Part shown: in pieces, positions 14,973-26,235 of the stretch
Layout: every line of letters begins with the position of its first letter
How positions within the stretch are numbered: the stretch's first letter is position 1
Origin: Lingula anatina
Taxonomy: Eukaryota > Animalia > Brachiopoda
Reading direction: 5' to 3'
DNA length: 64,000 nucleotides
NCBI GenBank assembly: GCA_051362555.1
Contig: CM120648.1
Coordinates: 15,496,587 to 15,560,586 of the forward strand
Program-made: the position numbers and the translations under genes
The notes under the pieces: generated by a model
Database searches by the model: none
Told to the model about the DNA's origin: nothing
The model's input: only the letters and a program-made list of their open reading frames with translations

Positions 14973-17314
14973 GGAGTCCCAGGTAAGTAGGTGTGAAGCG
15001 AATGCAGGGACGTCTGCGGTTTACAAAAAAAAAAAAAAAAGAAAAACACACAGTTGTTCTTGCTTCTGTGAGCGTAAGGCAATTAAGTTTAGATTCAAAG
15101 CTGTCTTAAGACTTAAGGGTTGAAATCTATCCTTATCAAACAGAATAGAATACTTTGTAGTTACTTTGTAGTATGATAAATGAGCTTTCCAGAAGCACCA
15201 AAATCTCTGGCAAAGAAAAGCAATCTGTGCAATAATCGGATTTCCTCGTTCATGACGCCAGTCGGAGGGAACCTAAGCGTATGAGAAAGGGTATCGGAAA
15301 AGGAAGCCAAAATCCTTGTCATGAGAGCCGTTTCAGCTTGGCATTACTCCCATTGGTATTCACAGTCACGTCCAATTCGTAACCGGTGACTGCTAATCTC
15401 AGCGTTTAACGAACCATGGAACCATAAATACATAAATCAACGTCGAAAGCACGTAGTTTGCATTGCAATACTCTGGTCACCGTATAGGATAATTCCATGC
15501 ATAAGCACGATGTAATACTCTCTTAAAAACAAATTCAATATTTAACGCTTAATCTAAATATTATCTTGGGGCACGTATTCTGGAGAAATGAATTTCCAGA
15601 TTTGTTTGCACGTGTTTATGTAGCTGTTCCTTTAATGTAAAATACATGTATCAAGTATAGAGGATTAAGGATTCGTTCATGTTTGTCATTCTTCAGGTTA
15701 GTAGGCCTGCTAAGTTCGTAGTCTATTTCTACCATGTTGCAATGTTAAATCTACGGCGTGCCTTTTATTTGCAATTGGTGAAGGTAGCGTGAAACAAATT
15801 ATAAAATAGTACTCTGAATGAGCTGAAATGGTCGTTATACAAAAATATAAACAAAATAATACACTTTTATCTCTAGAATAAACTTAGACACACACAACTT
15901 TAAAAAAAAAACTTAAATGGCTTCAATAACAAAATACCCCCTAACAGGTTTATATATATATATATATATTTTTTTTCCACTATATTGCAAAAAAGTAAGG
16001 TCATATGCTGTTATCAAACCATACCACATCAGGTTTTATTGTGAGCCAGCTGATTATTATTCGCTATAGGCTTAGATGATGTCATTTTAGCTCTGGCGAC
16101 GTCTTATATCGATTTTTCTTTAATTAACCACGACGTATATCTCGCATTCCGTTATGTTGATTCTATCCCCATCATTACGATTTCAGACAGATGGAGTAGT
16201 TAATAACGCAATTAATTAAACTCCTACCGCCGATCAGGCGTATAGCAACTACTGTAAAGGGGTTTGGTGGCTCTTCATTTTCGCGAAGGAATCGAAAATA
16301 GAATGGGGCTAAGATACTGGATTAAGACAGACTTTGACAGCGCTGTCAGTATCTGTGCATCACACGTAAGCTGCCCCTAAATCATTTATTTAAAAAACAA
16401 CAACTTTTTTCAAACTCGTTTTACAGGCTTAAGCTATCACTTCTTAAGCTATGACTTCTAGGAAACATATTTTTCTAAAGCACGACCAAGAAGGCACAAA
16501 CAATTCCAAGAACGTCCCAGCATGTCATCCAACTGACTGCATCTTAGCCAACACTGCTAGGACGTCTCATCTGCAGAACATTTGTCTGAACTCGTGAACA
16601 AATCAGCGGCCAGATTGATTATTTAAAGGGGGAGGGGATGAAGTATGTATGTACCGGTAAAGTTCAGAGAGACGGCAAAATATGCTTGCATTTGTCATAT
16701 TCCGCTTAATGTAGTGTTTCTTTTTCTTTTCTTTTCTTTCTTTCTTTCTTTTTTGAGGCGCGGGGGGGGGGGGGGGGCGCTCAAAAGATAATATATACAT
16801 GAAGCTACCCTCCCCCTCCTTCTCGGAGTCGTGTTCACTCTGTAGATTATATTAGAAAGGCACTATGACTGTACTAAGCGTGGTACACAGGAGTGGAAAA
16901 TAGCTTTGTTTTCGTACGGCTTCGTTAATAATACATGTTTCTTTTCCTTTTTTCCCTTCTTTTCTTTTTTTTTTGGGGGGGGGGGGATAACTGGGTGGGT
17001 CAAAAGTTAACAACGGGCCCCCTCTCCCTGTGTAGATGTTTCTACAACGGAACGCTATAGACATCTCACTTAACCAGAGACTTACGCTGGATACTAAAGA
17101 TCTTAACCTGAAATGATTCCCTTGGCGTCCCATGCTCGTTATACAGCTTTTTTTCTCGCATCTCAAGTAGACGATATATTGTTCTTTAACAAAAGAACTG
17201 ATGGGACAAAGCCTTGAGCTATCATCGAGGCATTTAATATATTATATCGACCGATTTAATTTCTTATCAGGGGGATTACCAGAGGCATTCGTCGTTTGAG
17301 CCTAGTATAATCAA

Positions 17315-17440
17315 ACCCTCTACCAGGATGGCATATTGTACAGGGAAAAATAAAATAAAAAAAACATAGTTAAAGGACCGTCTCTTTATCTGAAGATATT
17401 ATATTCTGTGAAAAGCCAATCTATGGCCCTGGTAGAGGGT
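17315..17440. mobile_element. Small candidate MITE with 13-bp perfect inverted repeat
   Basis: ACCCTCTACCAGG ... CCTGGTAGAGGGT. TATAATCA occurs just outside both ends (possible TSD, 1-bp register uncertainty). Confidence 0.5.
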
Positions 17441-18564
17441 AATATAATCATGTCGTGCATTTTTGTTATTCTATTATCTTCACCCGTTATAGTGGACACT
17501 ACGTTATTTGTTCGCTGTCCTGTTTAAAACAAACTTATTTAGGAGAGAATTGGGGTGCAAATTTAAGATTGTTTTTTATTCTTTAGCTTCATTTCTCTAT
17601 GACGATGTAGGCACCAAGGAAGTATGGTTAACTTGGAGTAAAACGAAGACGGTTGGTGCACCGCCGTGGATTATTTATCGTGGCGAAAAGTCTCCTATTA
17701 TCGAAAGTCAACATGGCTCTAATCAGCCATGTATTGTGTTGTTTTGTTATGTACATATCAGCCGTATATATTACTTTAAATCCACGTTAACGTACTACCG
17801 TCCGAGCAGGAGAACGATCTGAGATCGTGGCACCGACTGAGCAAGGCGACGATCCGAGATCGTGACGTCATCCAACAGAATTATTAGCGCTCAAACTGCA
17901 TATAAAGGCAATTTTATTTTTTGATCACGCGTATTAAGTCCACCAATCAAAACAGATGTACCGATGTTAAACTATAACTAATCAAATCAATGGTTAATTT
18001 GTCTGATTCAAGAAACAAAACTGTAATAAGCGCTTCGTCTGTTCTAGTTCTTAGGGTTACATTAACGTTATTTTGTCAATTATCCAAGTATTGAAGGGGA
18101 TTAAGCACAGTTAATAGCACCTTGAATTAACAGTACGTGAGTTTTAATCAAACTTTCATGTGTTCACCCATCCATCAAGCGACAAATGTATCGTAATATA
18201 GGTATTTTGCTCTCAATGAAGTAATCCACGGTTCACATGTAGAATACACTGAATTAAGACAAATCAACCGTTTGATACAACTCCCCATATTTCAACTGTG
18301 ACTAAGAGAAGGTAATCTGAATTCACGTACCCGTATGTTTTAAGTGCTGTTAGTGAGTGAAGGAAGATGTCACTCAGTGAACATGTATCACTATAAAATA
18401 TTCGCATTGATTGTTCGTTCACTTTTGCACTTTTGTAGTTCAAACTAGAAAATCCACATGTTCCTAAATGTGAGAGAAAGGGGCAGGTATAAGGCCTTCA
18501 GTGTGGATTTTGTTGGTAAAGATAAAATAGTAAAAGTGGAAAATGTAACAATTTTATGTGAGAC

Positions 18565-18726
18565 ACTAGGGCCGGTGTAACGTGACAGAGAGCCCCCATG
18601 GCAGAGAATCCGCTTCCCGTTCATTTTAAAGGTGCCTCACCCTAGATTTTGACCAACTTAGGACAGGCTCACCCTAACCATGATAACTATATGGAGGAGG
18701 TACTTTATGTAACACGGACCCTCAGT
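18565..18726 (+). mobile_element. MITE family B copy (CCGGTGTAAC termini, internal CCCTAACC)
   Basis: Imperfect terminal inverted repeat (TIR) actagggccggtgtaac / gtaacacggaccctcagt. The whole ~150 bp aligns with the reverse complement of 6908-7055. Confidence 0.75.
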
Positions 18727-20239
18727 TACGTTAAGCCGTGGAGGGGGCTTGTTTGGTTTCATTTCGTTCATCGAGGACGGAGAAGGGGGACCTCCGACAC
18801 TAAACGCTGTTGAGGAAGGACTGGGATTAGGTTGTCTCTCGTCCGATTTTTTTCATTCGCCCCCCCCCTTCCAGACAAGCACCTAGATACGCCCGTGACC
18901 ATCAACGTCCTTATCTTCGTTCTTGAGCCTTACCTCTCTCTACTCATTTAAACGCAATTTATCTTATCTTATATGCACTGTTCAGAATTTTTAAGTTAAA
19001 GGGCATTGATCTTTTCAGTAAATCTTAATAAATATCAACGAAAACATTCTTGATGAAGATTGCTGATTCCTGTTAGTCGCGGAAAGCGGATGAGGTGTTT
19101 GTTTAAAACTTGGAGCCATAGTGATTACTTTCATTTTTTAAAACAGTTACTGCTAGAAAAGACATGTAGAAGGTGTGGCAAAAGTTATGAATAGTGAGTC
19201 ATGTCATCAATCGGTTTTGTAGGAAACCAAAAAAAAAAAAAAAGGATTTTATTGAAATAAAGTATTAGAATTTGCTCTAAATAAAGTTTAGCAGTTATCG
19301 CCATGCAATGAATATCTTCTGAAAAATGGTAAACTTATAGAAATAGAATATTCGAAAGTATCATCATTATTAGAAGATAAAGATTAATCTATTGCCGCAC
19401 GTGTCCACCTTATTAGTAGGTGAAGAATTCCCCAATGCTTCTTTCTTATTCTTCGTATTTCCACATTTTTCCAGTATTTCCACAGTTAACAACAGGACAA
19501 CAGTTTCCATCAATATATTTTGTAATTTATATAATATCTATCACGCCATAACAAACGCACATAGACAATGGCATATTGTTATTTCGATGTACATAAGTAT
19601 ATGTGCTATATGTGTATTGCCTTATAAAGCAACATACACAAATCAGTACATTTTAAGGTACATATGACAAGTTTGTCAACGCATATTAATGATAAAGTAC
19701 TATACTTAAGTAAATGGATGGACCAATACATCACTACAGAATGTATAATCGATGGAAAAAGCTCGTGTGTCCGTATTTCACAATATGGAGCTACAGTTTA
19801 GACATTTTGTAAATTTGGAGAAGAAACACGATACGAAATTGATTATTTCCAATACTTTACTTACACGCATATATCCCTCCCCCCATTTGCTTCTTTTGTG
19901 AAAATATTCTCGTTTCGACTTTGCAACAATAAATAAATAAATAAGTAAATAAATAAATAGAAATAAGAATAAAAATAATGTATACAAAATGTATTCTGCG
20001 ACACATCTTACAATAATTATGCCAATACAGGTCAATGCTACCAAACGCCACAGAATCTGTAAGTATACCGTCCAATATGCACGTACAAAACTGGGCACAT
20101 ACGAAAACTGACAGCCGCCTAATACAGCATACTTTCAAGGAATATATTTCCACACGAAACAGAATACTCAGATTCATTGCAGTAAACAAAAGAAACATCA
20201 TAATGACCAATCTATTTGGTATTGTTATTCGTGTTACTC

Positions 20240-21595
20240 TCAGCAGTGCGTGAGATGGGTGTTCTTGCAATTTCCTCTTGCATTTCTCCTTCTCGCAAAA
20301 ATTTGTTTCAAGTCTTGTCTAAATTTCTTATTCATGAACGAATAAATTACTGGATTGGCCATATTGTTTATAAAGTAACAATAGAATATATAGATTTTAT
20401 ATTTAACAGCACCATTCGCCATTAAAGCTGCGGGGAGATAAGTCACTACAAACACTAGCGTGACCACAAAAAGCATCATTGCAATTTTTATATTAGCTTT
20501 AAGGTACATCTCTCTAGATATTTTCTTCTCGAGTCTCTTCACGTCATTCACATCACTGTTTATTCTTTCTCGGCGAGGTTTCCTCTTTTTTGAGGGCGTG
20601 TCGGTTTTTGGTGATTCAAGCGGTATTGGTGGTGCCAATAAATTGATTGTGGGTTCCTCATGCATGATGGGGACGTCATGCACCCCACGTGTTTCGCACG
20701 TGTGTCCATTGGCACCAGCATGCGGTGATTGGTCACCTCTGTCGTCTGCTTCGTTGCCGTTTAAGCTGGTAGCGCGGGGCATCATAGACGCACGTGCTTT
20801 TTGGCTACCCAACAGCTTCGATCTGCGCCAATTATGCTTCTGTACGCTTATGAACAGCAAGAAGTATATGACGCTAATAATAAGGAACACCACCGCATAC
20901 AACGACGCATGGACTTTTCTGTATATCGGTTTAAAGCCTTCCCCAAGCAATGCCGTATCCGAGATACACGTTCCCCTTGGTGCAGCGTCAGAGGGATTCA
21001 AAAACGTCTCGTTCACACTAGGAGAATAGATTTCTGGGAGCTGTTCGTACTCCAAAGTCTCAATGTCACATAGCGTTTCATTACATTTTTGCAAGTACAC
21101 TGTGCCTGCTGCAGCTTTGTAACACAGTGCTGTCATTATGCCCATGATTGAAGCAAGCGCTCCAAGAACAGCCACAGCAATCTTGACTTGTCCTATGGTG
21201 ATTTTATTCCTCGTTGGATGACAGATACAAATATACCGGTCTATAGCTATAGCGGCCATTACAAAAGCTGACATGGGGATCGTCGATGTGACTAAGAACT
21301 GGTAGAATTTACACAGAAAGTCCACTAGCAGTCTGTACCGCGTGTATTCAACGACGATAGTAAAAGGCACCACAATCGCGCAGGACAGTAGGTCAATGAC
21401 AGCCAGGGTGATGATAAACACCCTCGTGCTCGTGTTCTCCTTCTTGCGTCCGTACACGTAGAGGACGAGAGCGTTCCCCGCCGTGCCTGTGATCATGAAG
21501 AGGGCGAGCATACACAGCGTCACGGCCAGCTCTGGTACTGTGGGCCCATTGTCCATCTGCTCCATATCCTGGTCACTCAATGTGAAATTATCCAT
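20240..21595 (-). CDS. Class A (rhodopsin-like) GPCR with uninterrupted CDS; probably an orphan, peptide-receptor-like member of an invertebrate-expanded group
   Basis: 451-aa ORF with seven hydrophobic segments and class A motifs: TM1 GN (GTAGNALV), TM2 LAVID, Cys at the top of TM3 (FLCKF), DRY (AIDRYICICHP), ECL2 Cys (GTC), TM6 TYLP, TM7 NPVIY and helix 8 (FRQDL). N-glycosylation sequon NFT near the N-terminus. The ATG is in strong context (agtATGg). Confidence 0.96.
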   Translation of the reverse strand: MDNFTLSDQDMEQMDNGPTVPELAVTLCMLALFMITGTAGNALVLYVYGRKKENTSTRVFIITLAVIDLLSCAIVVPFTIVVEYTRYRLLVDFLCKFYQFLVTSTIPMSAFVMAAIAIDRYICICHPTRNKITIGQVKIAVAVLGALASIMGIMTALCYKAAAGTVYLQKCNETLCDIETLEYEQLPEIYSPSVNETFLNPSDAAPRGTCISDTALLGEGFKPIYRKVHASLYAVVFLIISVIYFLLFISVQKHNWRRSKLLGSQKARASMMPRATSLNGNEADDRGDQSPHAGANGHTCETRGVHDVPIMHEEPTINLLAPPIPLESPKTDTPSKKRKPRRERINSDVNDVKRLEKKISREMYLKANIKIAMMLFVVTLVFVVTYLPAALMANGAVKYKIYIFYCYFINNMANPVIYSFMNKKFRQDLKQIFARRRNARGNCKNTHLTHC

Positions 21596-21652
21596 ACTGT
21601 ATCTTCTGTTGAATCCTCAGGTGTCGAAAAGCTCGCCTCTGATAGTGTGGTA

Positions 21653-21667
21653 TTACACTTGCGCCAT
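21653..21667 (-). promoter_or_regulatory. Short uORF (M-A-Q-V-stop) in the GPCR leader
   Basis: Minus strand agcATGGCGCAAGTGTAA. It is the only ATG between the acceptor and the main start, with A at -3 and G at +4. Confidence 0.55.
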
Positions 21668-21833
21668 GCTATCTCTGTCTGTAATGGCTTTCTAATAGCG
21701 TTAATATAATTAATATGGTTCTGCGGGTTCTGCGGGTCGCTTAGTTGGATGGACGTATGGCCAGGTGTTAATATACAAAACGTTGTCCAATTAATACGGT
21801 TGGCGGGTCTCTGATTTCTGTAGTGCAGAGGCA

Positions 21834-21859
21834 CTGAAATAAAAAAAGAAAAACAATTC
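21834..21859 (-). other. 3' splice acceptor of an intron in the GPCR 5' UTR; the exon would begin at 21833
   Basis: The minus strand reads gaattgtttttctttttttatttcAG|tgcctctg, a long polypyrimidine tract ending in TTTCAG, 238 nt upstream of the ATG. Confidence 0.75.
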
Positions 21860-22261
21860 AACGTTACTATGAAGCCCCTTTTGTTCCTTTTTAAGTTTTA
21901 ATTTTTGGATTCAGTGGGAATCTTACTCCTTATTGTATGCGTTCTTAACTAACTTCTCGAATATCCCCCAACAACTTCGATAAGAGTTCTGTGACACGGG
22001 AAGCTGTATTTATGGGCATAAACTTCCGTATATTTCAGATTGATCCGTTTACTGCAAGCATTAACGCACCGCTTTTGCATCCAATTATTTAATATACTCT
22101 AGCTGTTCTTGGCCCACATCCGTAAAGTGCGCTGACTTATTTATTCACAATCCGTGCATCAAGGACATGTTTCTGTCGCTAGCATTGGTACCATGTGTAT
22201 AGAGGTCAGTGGGCAAACCAAGGACACATTGTTTTTGACCCTTGCAACAACAGGCTTTGTT

Positions 22262-22295
<34 letters not shown>

Positions 22296-24640
22296 TCAAC
22301 AAGCCAACCTAAGGCAGATGCGTGATTGCCTTGCTTTCTGGAAATTCCACAGGTCGTGGGCACTTTGATCTGAGTGAGCACGCAATTCGTCTGATAATCC
22401 GATATTTCTAAATATATTGGTTTGTCTACTTATTGCCTGTTCCAACTGACCCAGTGTTTTGGTGTGCCTTGCTGTATCCAAACAGTGTTATAGGTATTTA
22501 TTATAGTGATGTACACATAGCACGGATGGCGTTCGATAGAATCAATTCGTCTAGAGTCTATGGGTACATCAGAGCAACTGAAAACGGTTTATTGTCACAG
22601 CCCTGTGCCAAAATAACAACCGGATACTCAAACTTGTTCCTGTCTGTTAGATTTTACAACTCGTGCATGCTTGCTCTGCAGCAATTGATAAGCTATCAGT
22701 TGATTTGTGGTGGTGGCGATGTTTAGAATGCTATACTCTCCAAATGTCGCTTTAAGTAGTTAGAATGGTTCAGTAAACACTGATGGTCACTCACTGAATA
22801 AAGTTATAAATAAACGATAATCAACTGCCGAAGATTTGATCGCATCAGTTACTTGCCGCTTGTGTCAGACCGTTTATACGCATATAAACATTCAATTATT
22901 CAAGAAAGACTTACAGGCATTCAGCCTAACGTTTGGAATGTTACGTACAGAAACCACAAGCTGAATTCGCTGCCGGGTAAAAGTTCGGACAATGTTCTGA
23001 AACACTTCAAGCACTGACGCGTGGGATGTGTCAAGTGCCTGTGTTCAATTAACCTAAGTGCTTTCTCCCATCACTTCTACACGGCTTCACTTATTGTCCA
23101 TGTGTTCAGTGCTTACTCTTTAAGAAGCCAATTTGTGTCGTGGATTAAAGTCTTGGCACTTCAATTTGTGCGGTGGTTGCGGAACAGCACAGGTTCAAAC
23201 TTGTCCTTACAGGTATAGATATATGGTGGTCAAGACGCATCAGAAGAATAGATGTTAAGTACTTTGTTCTGCGTCCTGCATAGAAAACAATGATTCCAAG
23301 TAATAAAGAATTTTCCGGTATCCAGAAAGACGTTATTCTACGGTGAGGTTTTCGCGTAAAAAACAGTGGATTCAGATGTTTCCTTTTAGATCTCCCAAGT
23401 TGACAACGTGCGTCAAATCAACTACGCACTTTGAATAACGGGACACCAAGATTCAGCTTGTCGCCTCCTCGCAAGTATTCAGACCTCTGTGTAGCATGCG
23501 CCGGCACTAGATCATTTGTTGTCAACGGGGCTCGATTGAAACATGATCTCGCGTGATGAAGGTCCCTTGTGTCGTCATTAAATATGCAACAGATGTCAGT
23601 TCCAGGTCAACCCTTCCTATGAGTGTACAGACTATTCGACCAACTGAGAGGAGACCAATTTGGCTGTACTTGAACAAAGCAGAGTCCAGATATGAACACG
23701 CTGCGACAGGCGTCCGACCAGAGATTTAAAATTTATGAATGTAAACGAATGTCTTGCCTCTGGATCACAGTACGCAATGCTTCGGTTTCCTGCAGCCGTA
23801 TCAAACTGCGTTCCTCTTGTGTGCCTCTTTATCTCTGTATGAAATCAGTTAGGTCAAAGGGGGATAAAACAATGACAAAGGTATTGAAATCCTTTTTTCT
23901 TTAAGTATCATGAATTTTGTCCACGCGTGCGTGTAAAAAACAATGAAAACCCTCAGTTCAATGCCTTTTTTCACCACTGCTTATTACTGAATCCTAGTTT
24001 TGATCTTTAAAAGATTGATCGGAGCGTAAATCACAGCCTAGCCTTAATCTTCCCACGAGTTACATGTATTTTCAATTTAGATTATTTGTATTATTCTCTC
24101 CCTCTCGTTGTAAAAGTCCGGCTGAGGTAATGGTAATATTTGCTTTCAAAATCAATGCGTGTTCCTCGAGGCGAGGTTCAAAATGAATGACTTGGATTTG
24201 TTCTAGTTTCAGCGGGTGTCAGTGACTGTTACTCCTTAAACACGGAGAAAATAATATAGCGTTCTAGGTAGGAAATGTCTATTGGGTCCTTACCTTTTTA
24301 ATGAAAGTCGTTCAGTGCCACGTACGCCTATACATTGGACAAAGGAAATCGGCACAATATCCCTTTGAAGACTGTTGTTCAGAGTGTACAGATGGCGACT
24401 GTTGTTCCTTTGTAACAAACCCAATGCTTTCACAACAAAGAATAATCAACGTATCAGATTCATAAAATCGTTAAATCCCACGTTTAGTACGTGATGTTTC
24501 TTTGTGTAGAGTACTCTGCAGAAACTCTTACCATTTGCTTAAGTTGGATGCGTGCTTGCGCCAGATACGACAACCAATTTCCGAGCAATCTTGGCCACTC
24601 CAACAGTCCCTGATTTTCAGACGAAGGAGTACTGGAGGGC

Positions 24641-25652
24641 TAAAGTAGCACGATCCTCTCTTACAAATGCCACCAAGAACAAATATAGTCAGCTTCTATT
24701 TGCTGTCCTTATGTCAGATGCCAATTCCAATATTTGAACAAGATAGAGAGATAAACGTCCCCAATTAACGTTTGTTCGATCTTCTTTGAAACGGCGGTTA
24801 ACTCCAGGCAAGGTTTTCTTATTGGCACAGTTGCACTAAGTATAATTGTTTGTAAGTAAAAACTTGAAGAACTGTGTCCTTAGTTCAAATGGATGTATAA
24901 ATTCGTATCCCTCCTTCTTTTCTAGCTTGGAAATCTATTAGTTAATTGTAAGATAAAGTCCAGTGTTCCAGGCTTATAATGCTTGCCGTTGTACTCTACT
25001 GGTATATATACGCGGCTTGCTCGCTTCTTACGTAAATAACTTAGTGATAATTGACAGGTGGGTACTTCCAGACAAAAGGGTATTGTCCCTGCTTCACCGC
25101 AAATGGGAATGGCGGTCTTTAATGAGCACTTAAAAGCTCTATTCTCCGATTCACCAATTGTTCCTCATGAAAACAGAATAATTCCGAGAGTTGGGGAACT
25201 CTGCTGACTTTGTTAAGTGCCACTGATTCCGTATTTGTGAAGAATATTGTGTCAAATGAAAACGCTCATGCTTAAGTATTGGTATTATAATAGATTTTAC
25301 CTCCTTTTCAAAAACAATTAAGCCTTTGTCGTCGTAAACTCAGTCATTGTCTTACAAACACAATATCCTCATTATCTAAGAAAAAGTTATTCGCTTGATC
25401 AATATTCAAAAAGAAAGCCCCATCTGGTACTGGCGATGCATGCCAGTGTCTAGCACGATGTCGTGATACGGGAAAGCATCTTTTGTAAAGAAAAAATATC
25501 CACGCAAAAGGTAAATACAACGCCCTCGCCACCCCTCAATAAGTACTGTGCGTTTTTGAAAATATGCTATTCAGACAAAAAGTGTGACTAAAGTAACTAA
25601 AGCAATGCGATCCTCACTTATAAATGCCACCCAGAACAAATATAGTCAGCTT
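24641..25652. repeat. Dispersed direct repeat of ~55 bp (24641-24695 and 25598-25652)
   Basis: cgatcctc(t/a)ctta(c/t)aaatgccacc(a/c)agaacaaatatagtcagctt is present twice, about 957 bp apart. Confidence 0.8.
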
Positions 25653-26076
25653 AGTGAGAAGCTGTCTCCATACCTGATAATTTACTCACCGATGGATGCT
25701 TCCTGATACAAATGGACTTGGTGTATTTTTAGACCAGTTGAAGGTTTTTTTGGCTCTTGCACAGAGGCGCCTAATGCCGACTCACTTTATCCTCTGCTGC
25801 CTGCTGGCGGCCCGGAATCACCCTTCTTTTTTTACCAGTCTTTGTTATTTCACTCGTTGAAAATTGTTCAGATTATCTGTACATTATCTGGTCTTTTTTA
25901 TCCCTATAATAGACGTGTAAATGTCAATGTCGCAAGGAATAGATTGCTGAGCTATCGTATCATATGATAACAGGTCTCTTGCGTCAGTATAAAAAAGCGA
26001 CAGCAATGGCGGTAGTTTCCGTTTACTTGCTAATGGCGTTAATCAGTAGACATCGCCAAGTGCGCAGTTGTCATAC

Positions 26077-26235
26077 TTATATCTCTTCACGGTTGTCTTT
26101 TTCCCAGGAACCACAAAGGCTTTAAAACAGTGCCAGTAGTGGCTTTCTCCAAGATTATATCTCTTCACGGTTGTCTTTTTCCAAGGAACCACAAAGGCTT
26201 GAAAACAGTGCCACCAGTGGCTTTCTTCAAGATTA
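26077..26235. repeat. Tandem duplication, 2 x 78 bp
   Basis: ttatatctcttcacggttgtctttt...ggaaccacaaaggctt.aaaacagtgcca..agtggctttct.caaga repeated at 26077 and 26155. Confidence 0.92.

Noticed and set aside
20460-21029. 189-aa ORF antisense to the GPCR
   Set aside because: It starts at a non-ATG codon, lies wholly within the GPCR CDS and has no recognisable domain, so it is a typical shadow ORF.
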